Notes under the pieces: generated by a model
The model's database searches: none
What the model was told of the DNA's origin: nothing
The model's input: the letters and a program-made list of their open reading frames with translations, nothing else
Program-made: the position numbers and the translations under genes
Part shown: positions 28,609 to 37,779 of the stretch, in pieces
Layout: every line of letters begins with the position of its first letter
Numbering within the stretch: the stretch's first letter is position 1
DNA from: Candidatus Binatia bacterium
GTDB lineage: Bacteria > Desulfobacterota > Binatia > Bin18
DNA: 64,000 nt
Reading direction: 5' to 3'
Assembly (NCBI GenBank): GCA_963664395.2
Contig: OY761159.2
Coordinates: forward strand, 1,152,001-1,216,000

Positions 28609-29394
28609 TCAGCGCAGGCCGAGATACCAGGCGATCAGGGATTCCCCGATGAAGAGATAACACCCGGCGCCAAACGCCAAGAACGGACCAAACGGTAAGA
28701 TGAGTTTGGAGTCGGCCCGACGGCGTAGCATGGTGGCAACCCCAATCACCGATCCGGTGCAAGAAGCAAGCAGCAGGGTAAAAGGTATGGCGCGCCAGCC
28801 CAGAAAAGCGCCTATCATGGCCAACAGTTTGATATCCCCCCCGCCCATGCCCTCACGTCTGGTCACGGCCCAATAGCCGAAGGCCACTATCAGCAGGATG
28901 CCGGCTCCGAGTCCAGCGCCTATAAGCGACTCCCAGAACGTCAGGTGTGGAGAGATCGCGGAAAAGAGCAGACCGAGGATAATCCCAGGCAGACTGATGA
29001 CATCGGGAATAATTTGATAATCCACATCAATAAACGTGATCACGACCAAGGCCGCGGCAAAAACGAAATATCCCAGGGTTACCAGGGTGACGCCAAATTG
29101 AATCACCAGCAGACCGGCAATACAGGCGGTCAGGAGTTCGACATAGATGTAGCGGACAGAAAATTGAGCGCCGCACATCCGACAGCGTCCGCGTCGCATC
29201 AGATAGGCAAACAGCGGAATATTATCGTACCAGACAAGGGGCGTTGAGCAGCTGCGGCAGTAGGAGCCTGGGGAGATAACCGACTCGTCAAGGGGGAGAC
29301 GGTAGATACACACATTCAGGAAACTCCCGATACAGGCGCCGCCGACACACGCAAGCAGGCAAACAAACAGCGGGGGGAGGTCAATGGGTAGCAA
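28609..29394 (-). CDS. pilD: Prepilin peptidase
   Basis: GSFLNVCIYRLP, two CxxC, GMGGGDIKL, PFGPFL. Confidence 0.93.
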   Translation of the reverse strand: MLPIDLPPLFVCLLACVGGACIGSFLNVCIYRLPLDESVISPGSYCRSCSTPLVWYDNIPLFAYLMRRGRCRMCGAQFSVRYIYVELLTACIAGLLVIQFGVTLVTLGYFVFAAALVVITFIDVDYQIIPDVISLPGIILGLLFSAISPHLTFWESLIGAGLGAGILLIVAFGYWAVTRREGMGGGDIKLLAMIGAFLGWRAIPFTLLLASCTGSVIGVATMLRRRADSKLILPFGPFLAFGAGCYLFIGESLIAWYLGLR

Positions 29395-29404
29395 CCACTA
29401 TAGT

Positions 29405-29890
29405 CTAGTTGATCCGAACCCGACCGGCAAGATTGATCACAATGCGCTTTGAGAACGTTCCGTCAGGAGACGCAAGCGTGAGCGTCATCCCACCGTCAAC
29501 ATGGCCACGTGGGACAAAAATCACATCGCCGCGCGAATTCGCGGCCGAGACGATCACACTCGTTGGCAAGAGGATACTGCCTGATCCATCGCCACCGCTG
29601 TCATGACTGTGGAGACGATGGTCCTGCCAGCGTCCGTTTTCTCTTTTTTCGACGAGATAGGTATCGAAACCAGGCTGGAACGTCACGCGTAAGCGGCGGT
29701 TATGCGCGATGGCTTGCATCCGAACGAGTTGGAGATCGGCAGCCACCTGTCGGACCCCACTATTGACCGCGACACGCTGGAGGAGTGGGGCGAGTTGAAG
29801 CGAGGCTATTCCAGTCAGAATGCCCAGCAGCGCAAGGACACACAGGAGTTCAAGCAGGGAAAAACCTCGGCAGCCCCGGCTAGGCATCAA
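29405..29890 (-). CDS. GspH/FimT-like minor pilin
   Basis: RG^FSLLELL prepilin motif; C-terminal GRVR. Confidence 0.85.
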   Translation of the reverse strand: MMPSRGCRGFSLLELLCVLALLGILTGIASLQLAPLLQRVAVNSGVRQVAADLQLVRMQAIAHNRRLRVTFQPGFDTYLVEKRENGRWQDHRLHSHDSGGDGSGSILLPTSVIVSAANSRGDVIFVPRGHVDGGMTLTLASPDGTFSKRIVINLAGRVRIN

Positions 29891-31295
29891 ACTGCTCCGT
29901 CCAGGACACTGTTCGGTGCAGGAGCATCAGCGCCCGAACAACAGCTTCACAACTGTAATTCACGGCAAACGGCGCGCAGGCGCTGCTACGTTGCACCCGG
30001 TCAAAATCCAGCTTTTGGCCTGGGGTTCCATTGTCTTGGATCAGCACAGCCCCAAGGATCTGGCCACACACATTCGGCCCCACAGCGCGCAGGTCGCCCT
30101 CACCCACGATCACGACTATGCCCTGCCACTGAAACGTCACATTGTTGAGCAGCACGACACGCGGAATAATCAGGACACCGGCTCCGGTCACCTGGGCATT
30201 GTTGCCCATCCGAAGGGAACTGGGGTCGGCTTGGATCTGTGTCACACGCGGCTGGACTGCCGTTCCATAGGCGTATGAGCCATCCTCAAGGTGCTGCGTA
30301 ATCTCCAGGACCTGATCCGGCTCCAGCCTGGCGATTTGCTGCTGTATCTCCGCCCGCGCGGTCTGGAGTTGACGTCGCTCTTCCGCGGATAACAGATAGG
30401 AGAAGGGTGTGGTTGCAGAACTCGGGGTAAACGGTCCTCGGTCATTCGGGGCTGTAGGGAGGTGGACGTGGGCAGGCTGAGCGGTTGCCCGCAGAACGGC
30501 TGCCGACAGGTCGAGGCGCAGGAAACACGTCGGTTCTTCCGGCCGACAAGGCCGGGGATCAAAACGCGGTAGCAGCGTCGGCCCGCGCACCCAGGCAAGG
30601 CCGGGGGTACACACACCAAAGGTCGTACTATTCCCATCAGCCTGACAGAAGAGATTGGCCCGGGTGACGATACGTTGTTTCAGAGAATGCTGCGCGCTGA
30701 TGAGATCGGTCTGCGCCTGGATTTGGCTGACCGCAAATGGAGCAATATCGGGACAGCGGGCAGACAGGCCGCCTGCAAGCGCATGATTTCTGCCGTCTAT
30801 GCTGAAGTCCGGAATACGATGCCCCGACCCGACCGGACTAGTTGCCGGGTCGGTAAAATCCGGCCGGAGCCCCGCACCGAGACTGGTGACCGCACCCCAG
30901 GGCGTAAACGGGGGAAGAGCGATCACTTCTTCGACCACTCGACGGGACGCCTCAGCCCCAACCCCGGTTGCGGTAATCCGGTAGCGCCTGGCATCAAGCT
31001 CCTCAATGCGGACCGTGTACGTTCCCTCGCCAAGCGCTTGAGGCCCGAGCGTTACGGGAAAAGTCTCTCCAGACACATTGGCTTCGAGCCAGTTCTTTCC
31101 CACTTCGGCTCCGGCCTGGGCGAGCCAGAACGCCTGGACGCCGCTCCTGAGATTCTGTGAGATAAACAGGTCAACCCGGCTGAGTATGGTTCGGCTGCTT
31201 CCAATGGCGGCCAGCAGGGTCATCAGGAGGAGAGTGGTCAGCAACACCACGCCGCGCTCTGAACGAAGGACACTACGCCGGAAGAGTATACGCAT
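29880..31295 (-). CDS. PilX-like minor pilin
   Basis: ERG^VVLLTTLLL...AFWLAQAGAE; ends SWTEQF. Confidence 0.8.
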   Translation of the reverse strand: MRILFRRSVLRSERGVVLLTTLLLMTLLAAIGSSRTILSRVDLFISQNLRSGVQAFWLAQAGAEVGKNWLEANVSGETFPVTLGPQALGEGTYTVRIEELDARRYRITATGVGAEASRRVVEEVIALPPFTPWGAVTSLGAGLRPDFTDPATSPVGSGHRIPDFSIDGRNHALAGGLSARCPDIAPFAVSQIQAQTDLISAQHSLKQRIVTRANLFCQADGNSTTFGVCTPGLAWVRGPTLLPRFDPRPCRPEEPTCFLRLDLSAAVLRATAQPAHVHLPTAPNDRGPFTPSSATTPFSYLLSAEERRQLQTARAEIQQQIARLEPDQVLEITQHLEDGSYAYGTAVQPRVTQIQADPSSLRMGNNAQVTGAGVLIIPRVVLLNNVTFQWQGIVVIVGEGDLRAVGPNVCGQILGAVLIQDNGTPGQKLDFDRVQRSSACAPFAVNYSCEAVVRALMLLHRTVSWTEQFDA

Positions 31296-31320
31296 GGGAT
31301 TCGCCGAGAGCCGGTTCGTC

Positions 31321-32022
31321 TCAGTTCGGTGGATTCGCCAGAAAGATAGCCGAGCTCAGTCTGGCCGTAATGGGTTCGACGACCTGAGGGTCAGGATGTG
31401 GCTGAGCGGTACGAACAACCAGGTCAATCAAAAAGACGGCTGCCCGCTCAGCCGGGTTGAGCGGTGGCAGGAGCTGGGTGCCGTCCCGATCAAAATAGGA
31501 CAACAGAAAACCGTCCGCAGGAATATTGCCGATAAAGGGCTGAGCAGAGCCACGCCCGGTCGCACGGCGGAGCATCTGATCCGGGGCATCGTAGGTATAT
31601 CTGACCCGTTCGCTCGGATCATCCGGGCAGCCGTCTGCAGGCGAGTCAATACGATCTCCGCGAAAGTCATACTGTAAAGAAATCGCCTGCGCCTCGGCTA
31701 CTAAGAGCCGTTCGAATCCGTCACACGTCCCGTCCCGGACCGGGCGTGCACCGGCCATACGCAGCTCTCTGACCAAAAAATCAATGGCCAATCGACCGCC
31801 CTGGCGTACGCTCAGCCGCGCTGTTTCCGCACTCAGGGTCTGCAGATTGAAACGGTAAAACCCATACAGCGCGAGCAAGAAAAGACTCGACACGCCCATA
31901 GCCACAAGCGTTTCGAGCAAGGTCCAGCCGGCTTGTCGCCAGGGAGAACGACGCTGAAGAACGAACGACAGCCCGCTCTTTTGATATCTGCGCAGTGTGG
32001 AGTGACTGCGGCGGGTTTGCAT
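31321..32022 (-). CDS. PilW-like minor pilin
   Basis: AG^WTLLETLVAM...RELRMAG. Confidence 0.8.
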   Translation of the reverse strand: MQTRRSHSTLRRYQKSGLSFVLQRRSPWRQAGWTLLETLVAMGVSSLFLLALYGFYRFNLQTLSAETARLSVRQGGRLAIDFLVRELRMAGARPVRDGTCDGFERLLVAEAQAISLQYDFRGDRIDSPADGCPDDPSERVRYTYDAPDQMLRRATGRGSAQPFIGNIPADGFLLSYFDRDGTQLLPPLNPAERAAVFLIDLVVRTAQPHPDPQVVEPITARLSSAIFLANPPN

Positions 32023-32034
32023 CTCTCTCGGTCC

Positions 32035-32376
32035 CTACCGATTCACAACCGTCACCAGGTCCACAGAGCGGGGGCCCTCGGCAAACCACGAGACCGTGAC
32101 GTCAATGCGCGTGACTCCAGTCTCGGGTGAGTCAGGCCTCACCTGCCAGCTTCGGGTGTACTCTGGTCGTGGCGAGTCTTCACCATCCCGGAGCGGTTCA
32201 AAGGCCGCTCGAAACTCTTCCATCTTTTCTTGGGCTAAAATCGTTGCCTGGGTCACGTGCGCACTGACAGACCCGGCCCGAATGATCGTGGTGACTCCAG
32301 CCGCCAGCCCGAGCGAAGCAATCGCGAACACCGCCATGGCCACCAGGACTTCAATGAGCGAATAGCCACGACTCAT
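32035..32376 (-). CDS. PilV-like minor pilin
   Basis: RG^YSLIEVLVAM...ATILAQEKMEE...IDVTVSW. Confidence 0.82.
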   Translation of the reverse strand: MSRGYSLIEVLVAMAVFAIASLGLAAGVTTIIRAGSVSAHVTQATILAQEKMEEFRAAFEPLRDGEDSPRPEYTRSWQVRPDSPETGVTRIDVTVSWFAEGPRSVDLVTVVNR

Positions 32377-32560
32377 AATAGTCGTTTTCTTATTTATGAG
32401 GGCATTTTGCACTCTCTACTACTATATCGATCTCTCTATTTCGCAAGAGGCCAGTCGGCTCATATGGGGAGTGGGTATAGGCCGCTGAGTTTCCAATTTG
32501 CGTCCTTTGTCTCGCCTCATCCGTCTGTATAAACAGACGCTGTTATACAGGAGGTTTTCG

Positions 32561-32899
32561 ATGAACGGTCAATCTGCAGTAGAATTTGCGACTCCGGCCC
32601 GAGTCCACATCGGTTTGTCAGTTCGTGACACGGAGCGCTCCGCCATCTTCTATCAACACCTGTTCGCCCAGGAGCCGACCAAGGTGCGCCCCCGCTATGC
32701 GAAGTTCGAGGTTGCCGACCCGCCCCTGAACCTCAGCTTGGATGAAGATGCAAACCAACAGACCCGGCCCGGTTCGAGCGCTCACTTCGGGGTTCAGGTC
32801 AAATCGACTGAGACCATCGCTCGGATTGCCGCCCGGTTGCTCCAGAGATCCAGGTCGTACACGCAACCATACATTGCATCCTTTTCCGAGACCACATAG
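32561..32899 (+). pseudogene. ArsI/CadI-family VOC metalloenzyme, C-terminally truncated
   Basis: RVHIGLSVRD..RS..FY..LF..EPTKVRP.YAKF...PPLNLSL...HFGVQV, but lacks the CCYA...DPDGN.WE half. Confidence 0.7.
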
Positions 32900-32924
32900 T
32901 TTTCAGACAGAGAGGGATGAAATC

Positions 32925-33359
32925 ATGCCGCATGAAACATTGTTGAAATTCAATTACCCGGACACCCTGCTGCGCGAGTATACGCACTGGGCGGTCTTAC
33001 TGCGTCCAAAGCAAGTAACGGTCGGTTCGCTTGTACTGGTGTGTAGCGATGAGGTCACGAGTATGGCGGAGGTCTCAGCCGAGGCGTTTGCCGAGTTGCA
33101 TACGGTCACTGCTGACCTTGAAGGGGTACTCACACAGACCTTTGCCTTTGACAAGATTAACTATCTGTTACTCATGATGGTGGATAAGCACGTCCACTTT
33201 CATGTGATTCCACGTTACGCCACTCCGCGAACGGCCTGTGGCGTTGAGTTTTCTGACAGGGCATGGCCCACGCCCCCTGACGTCACACAAGCCGTGGAGC
33301 TGACCGAGCAGCAGTTCGCGGAATTACTCCAACTGCTCCGGACGGCGTGGCCGGCATAG
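32925..33359 (+). CDS. HIT-family hydrolase
   Basis: KINYLLLMMVDKHVHFHVIPRY. Confidence 0.88.
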   Translation: MPHETLLKFNYPDTLLREYTHWAVLLRPKQVTVGSLVLVCSDEVTSMAEVSAEAFAELHTVTADLEGVLTQTFAFDKINYLLLMMVDKHVHFHVIPRYATPRTACGVEFSDRAWPTPPDVTQAVELTEQQFAELLQLLRTAWPA

Positions 33360-33470
33360 CGGGATTGACACGCCCGGCCCGCTGGTGTCGGGGTCTGCTT
33401 CGCAGAAACATCGTGGTGAAAGTATACAGGGGGTTGCAAAATCTGCACTAACCGTTACTAAGCTGTAATT

Positions 33471-33791
33471 ATGATGCATGCTGCTGTGGATGTGATGTTG
33501 GTGGATGTGGAAGGTGGCGAGCAGCAGCCCCGCTATTCGTCGCACAACCCTTTCAAAGCGCTCCTCCGTGACGTTTTATCCGATGCCTTTGTGGTACGTG
33601 ATCTCGTGCGGAAGGGGAACAAGCTGTTTCTCTCTCAGCTGGAGCTGGACCGCATATGGTTTTTCTCAAAAGATGAGAGCCCGTTCAGCTTCCTGTGGAT
33701 CTGTCAGCACCTGGCTCTCGACTCGCAGAAAATCCAAGCCTTGTATTTCTCTGCTGAGCCGGTGACGATCCCGCGTTGGTGGGCGGCATAA
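33471..33791 (+). CDS. Hypothetical helical protein
   Basis: ALL.DVL.DA...WFFS.D..PFSF.WICQHL.LD pattern. Confidence 0.65.
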   Translation: MMHAAVDVMLVDVEGGEQQPRYSSHNPFKALLRDVLSDAFVVRDLVRKGNKLFLSQLELDRIWFFSKDESPFSFLWICQHLALDSQKIQALYFSAEPVTIPRWWAA

Positions 33792-33808
33792 CAGATTGTG
33801 TTCGTCAC

Positions 33809-33847
33809 GAGAGCCGGGAAAGAGATTCGTCCTCTTCCCCAGCTCTC
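33809..33847. terminator. Probable bidirectional terminator hairpin
   Basis: Imperfect stem GAGAGCCGGGAAAGAG...CTCTTCCCCAGCTCTC between convergent genes. Confidence 0.4.
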
Positions 33848-33861
33848 ATAACAGGGCGAGT

Positions 33862-35700
33862 TTACTGCTCAGCCTTCACCTTGCGTAATGCCTCGGTCAA
33901 GAGCGGCACGACCTCGGCATAGTCGCCGACAATACCCAGATCGGCAGTCTTGAATATCGGCGCTTTCGCTTTTGTGTTGATGGCCACAATGGTGCCGGCC
34001 TTGCGCAAACCGACCATATGCTCGAACGCGCCTCGAATACCAATGGCAAAATACAGCTTCGGCGCGATCGCCCGGCCGGTGATGCCGACTTGATGTTGCC
34101 GGGGGAGCCACCCCAGGTCTGCAATATCCCGCGTCGAAGCCAGCGGCGCCCCACCTAATACATCGGCCAGGTGTTCGATCACAGGCAGATTCTCCGGCCC
34201 GCCGATGCCTTTCCCAACGCCAATGGCGATGTCCGCGGCATCCAGAGCCGCAGCTTTGGCTGCGTCGGCGCCCGTTTGTGACACGCGTTGCACCCGGCTG
34301 CGCACATCATCCTCAAGCGTCAGTCTTTCAATACGTGCCTGACGGCTGGGATCAGGCCGAGCCTGAGACAGCATGCCAGGTCGGACCGTTGCCATTTCGG
34401 GCGTCGTCTTAGACAGAATGGGCGCAACGATATTGCCGCCAAACGCGGGCTTGAGTTGCCGTAAGCGCCCCTGAGGGTCCACTTCCAAATCCACGCAATC
34501 GCCGGTGAGACCCAGGCCGAGCCGTGCGGCAACACGCGGGGCCAGATCGCGGCCAATCGCAGTTGAACCCAGCAGCAGCACCTTTGGTTTGTAGGCTTGA
34601 ATCGCCTGACTCAACAGCGCGGCATAGAGATCGGTATCATAGCAAGCCAGACGGGCATCATCGGCCTGGTATACCACGTCAGCGCCATGCGTGGCTAAAG
34701 ACGTGATATGGGCGTCGAGTCCGCTGCCGATCAAGACAGCACCTACTTCGCCGCCGTACTGCGCCGACAGCTCAACGGCTTTGCCTAAAAGCTCAAAGCT
34801 GACGGGCCGGAGGGTATTGCCTAAGGTTTCGGCAACAACCCAGACTGCTTTCCCCGGCTCGGGTTCAGCGATTCGTATCCCTTTTTCGCCGGCCGCGCTG
34901 TCATCCGCCCACGTCCCAAACAGACCGCGGGCTAAGAGTTCCTGGACCAGGGCGTCAATCTGTTCAGACAGTTCCCCTTCAAACACACGGTTTTCACGAC
35001 TGTCTTCGACAGTTTGGACAGACTCCACCCAAGTCGGCGAGCCTGCGGCTCCAAATTGCGAAAGGTCCGATGAGAGATCGCGGGCCGTCACCGTCTCAAT
35101 AGACTTCTCTTTGGCCGCTTCCCGCTCGGCCCTCTTGGGAAAGCGTTCCGGCGCCAGGTCTTCGGTAACAGAAATCAACGCCGGCAGGGGACAGTCAAGG
35201 ATATCAAAACCGCTATCGGTCTCACGTTCAACACGGATAGTCTTCCCGTCGGTGTCGCGCGTTAATGCTCCCACGCCCGTCACCTGCGGAATGCCGAGTA
35301 GCTCGGCCACCTCCGGTCCGACCTGACCGGTTTCTGCATCCGTACTATGCCGGCCACACAGGATGAGGTCATAGCCTTCTTTCTCGCACGCCAAGGCTAA
35401 AGCGCGCGCCGTGGCCAGCGTATCCGCGCCGGCAAAGGCCCGGTCCGTCAAATGCACCACCCGGTCCGCTCCCAGGGCCAAGCAATGCCGGAGAGCCTCC
35501 TCTGCCTGTGGCGGCCCCATAGTGAGCGCAACCACTTCGCCGCCGTGTTCTTCACGCAGCTCAAGCGCTTTCAATAATCCACGCACATCAAACGAACTGA
35601 CCTCGGACGGTACGCCCTCACGCTGGAGGGTTTTTGTTTCCGGGTCGAGCTGCATGGCCGAAACCACGGGGACTTGTTTCACCAACACAATACTCTTCAT
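33862..35700 (-). CDS. Fused electron transfer flavoprotein beta-alpha
   Basis: N-terminal EtfB (VKQVP, TMGPPQA, AGADTLATA, DAETGQVGP); C-terminal EtfA (GLTGDC, KPAFGGN, QVGITG, AIN..APIF..AD.GIVGD). Confidence 0.9.
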   Translation of the reverse strand: MKSIVLVKQVPVVSAMQLDPETKTLQREGVPSEVSSFDVRGLLKALELREEHGGEVVALTMGPPQAEEALRHCLALGADRVVHLTDRAFAGADTLATARALALACEKEGYDLILCGRHSTDAETGQVGPEVAELLGIPQVTGVGALTRDTDGKTIRVERETDSGFDILDCPLPALISVTEDLAPERFPKRAEREAAKEKSIETVTARDLSSDLSQFGAAGSPTWVESVQTVEDSRENRVFEGELSEQIDALVQELLARGLFGTWADDSAAGEKGIRIAEPEPGKAVWVVAETLGNTLRPVSFELLGKAVELSAQYGGEVGAVLIGSGLDAHITSLATHGADVVYQADDARLACYDTDLYAALLSQAIQAYKPKVLLLGSTAIGRDLAPRVAARLGLGLTGDCVDLEVDPQGRLRQLKPAFGGNIVAPILSKTTPEMATVRPGMLSQARPDPSRQARIERLTLEDDVRSRVQRVSQTGADAAKAAALDAADIAIGVGKGIGGPENLPVIEHLADVLGGAPLASTRDIADLGWLPRQHQVGITGRAIAPKLYFAIGIRGAFEHMVGLRKAGTIVAINTKAKAPIFKTADLGIVGDYAEVVPLLTEALRKVKAEQ

Positions 35701-35873
35701 AGACACGCCCACTCCCTGGATAAAAGAAGTGCGCAGCAGCCTATCTTGCTTGTCCGCACAGCGTCAACCAAGCCGGCGCAACGTTGTCTGAATCGCGGTT
35801 TCTGGACCTGGAATATATTGATGAGTTTCTCGTCTGGATTGAATGAGAGGGCAGGATCCTCGGTGGTAGCTAC

Positions 35874-36323
35874 TCACGCCCCGCGTCCGGGTGTATATTC
35901 GTCGGCAGGGAGGCTGTAGTAGGTAATGATCTTGCGCTCCTTAAACCACCAGCGACCGGCGTCTTTGATGAATTTGTCATCATAGCGACCAAAGGCGACC
36001 ATGGGCTTATCAGTCGATTTTGTGATGGCGTCGGCATCCAGATAGCAGGTTGAGGTGGCTTCGTTGCCCGAGACTTCAATTACGGGCGACTCGATTTTGT
36101 GGCGCAGAAAGCGCACGCCGTTCCGTAGCGTCGTGTCGTAGTTGGCGTACCAGCCCTTAATGGCGTCTCGGCCCTTATAGCGTATGTCACTTTCATACAC
36201 CGGAAGCAGAACCGCGTCGGTATGAAACAGCTCGGCGATTTCGTCTACCGTGCCACGGTCCACCACATGGCAGTAGGTGTGGAGCAGTTGCTGAATGGCA
36301 ATAATGTCGTCCGCGTAAGACAT
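35874..36323 (-). CDS. SnoaL/NTF2-like protein
   Basis: AIQQLL.TYC..VD, LF..DA, RH, GRYDD, GRW.FKER. Confidence 0.85.
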   Translation of the reverse strand: MSYADDIIAIQQLLHTYCHVVDRGTVDEIAELFHTDAVLLPVYESDIRYKGRDAIKGWYANYDTTLRNGVRFLRHKIESPVIEVSGNEATSTCYLDADAITKSTDKPMVAFGRYDDKFIKDAGRWWFKERKIITYYSLPADEYTPGRGA

Positions 36324-36345
36324 GCCCGGCCCTCCTGTTGCGTGT

Positions 36346-37203
36346 TTATTGTCTCCGTCCCCGTATCCGCAGTAATTCATTAATCGTCAGGTCGATGTCC
36401 TCATCTCGCAACAGTGGTGCAGCGACGCGCTTACGCCGGACCGTATCAAGACTGATGTCCGCCGTGATAAAATCCTCCTCGTAATAGCGGCCTTTGGCCA
36501 CACACTGTCCAAAAGGATCAATCACCTCTGAGCCGCCCCAGAATCCCACACCGTCCTCAAAGCCGACACGATTGGCATAGATCACAAACACGCCGAATGT
36601 TTCGGCATAGGCGCGATTCATCGACTCCCAATAGCGCGCGTTCTCGTCCCGTTCCGTGTTGTCAGCAATACCGCGTAACGGACTGGATGACGGACAGATA
36701 AGCAGCAGGGCTTGATCGAGGGCCGCAATACACACAGTAGACGGATGCCACAGATCTTCGCACACCAGGACTGCTGCGCGACCATATGGGGAGTCAAAGG
36801 CTCGAACGGTATTCCCACGAGCGAAATAGCGCTGCTCGTCAAACATGCCATAGGTTGGCAGATAGACCTTGCGATGGACGTGTTGGATGTCGCCCGCACT
36901 GAGATACACGGCTGAGTTATAAAAGCAAAAATCCGGGCTCTCTTCGACCAGTCCGGCCACGCAGGACACCGACTTGCTGAGCTCCTTCAGTCGAGTGAGC
37001 TCAGGCGCGTCTTGACGCAGGGCGACCGTCGCCACCATGTCGCGTAAGTGATAGCCGGTCAAACTCAATTCGGGAAAGATGAGGAGGGCAACGCGCTCAT
37101 CCTTGGCCTGGACAATAGCCTGTTCGTAGAGGGCCAGGTTTGCCGCAACATCTCCAAGGCGAGGGTTGATCTGGGCAATGCCGATTTTGAAGTGCGTTTT
37201 CAC
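36346..37203 (-). CDS. Nitrilase-family amidohydrolase resembling the glutaminase domain of NAD synthetase
   Basis: AQINPRLGD, FPELSLTGY, RKVYLPTYGMFDEQRYF, CEDLWH, NRVGFEDGVGFWGGS. Confidence 0.85.
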   Translation of the reverse strand: MKTHFKIGIAQINPRLGDVAANLALYEQAIVQAKDERVALLIFPELSLTGYHLRDMVATVALRQDAPELTRLKELSKSVSCVAGLVEESPDFCFYNSAVYLSAGDIQHVHRKVYLPTYGMFDEQRYFARGNTVRAFDSPYGRAAVLVCEDLWHPSTVCIAALDQALLLICPSSSPLRGIADNTERDENARYWESMNRAYAETFGVFVIYANRVGFEDGVGFWGGSEVIDPFGQCVAKGRYYEEDFITADISLDTVRRKRVAAPLLRDEDIDLTINELLRIRGRRQ

Positions 37204-37222
37204 GGTGATGCGCTAGGTACGA

Positions 37223-37750
37223 TCAGCTTCCTTTTCCAAACAGGCTGTTCAGCCATCTGACTAAGGCGCGCCACAGATTCACCAGTGGCCCGTGTTTGAC
37301 CTCTTCATCCGGCGAGGCTTGGATCTCGGCTTCCAGGGCCGTGAAGAACTGACCGATCAGCATCTTGGCAGCGCCGTCCACCATGCGTTGTCCAACACTG
37401 GCCAGCAGCCCGCCGATCTGGACATCGCCGTGGTAGGTGAGCACGGTCTGGCCGTCTTGCTCGGCTAAATCGACCGTACCCGATCCCTTGAGAAAGCCCT
37501 GTTTCCCTTTGCCGTCCAGGCTGAGCTTGTAGTGCACGGGCGGCTGGAGCTCCTCCATTCTGACTTTGCCGTTGTAGACCCCTTTGATCGCGGCCACACC
37601 GACCTTGATCTCCCCGCTGTATTCATTGTCACCGCTCTCTGTCAGGCTCTCACAGCCGGGCATGCACTTGGCGAGCTGATGCGGGTTGATCAGGAAATTC
37701 CAAACCTTCTGTTGGGAGGCCGGAATGATTCGCGTTCCGTTGAGTTTCAT
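37223..37750 (-). CDS. CoxG/SRPBCC family protein
   Basis: VW.FL.NP..LAKCMPGCE...GGLLASVGQRM. Confidence 0.85.
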   Translation of the reverse strand: MKLNGTRIIPASQQKVWNFLINPHQLAKCMPGCESLTESGDNEYSGEIKVGVAAIKGVYNGKVRMEELQPPVHYKLSLDGKGKQGFLKGSGTVDLAEQDGQTVLTYHGDVQIGGLLASVGQRMVDGAAKMLIGQFFTALEAEIQASPDEEVKHGPLVNLWRALVRWLNSLFGKGS

Positions 37751-37779
37751 AGTCGTTATCCTGTGCGGTCGGCCGCACC

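Noticed and set aside
32525-32550. CTGT...ACAG as a LexA/SOS box
   Set aside because: Spacing is 3-4 nt rather than the 8 nt of the gammaproteobacterial box.
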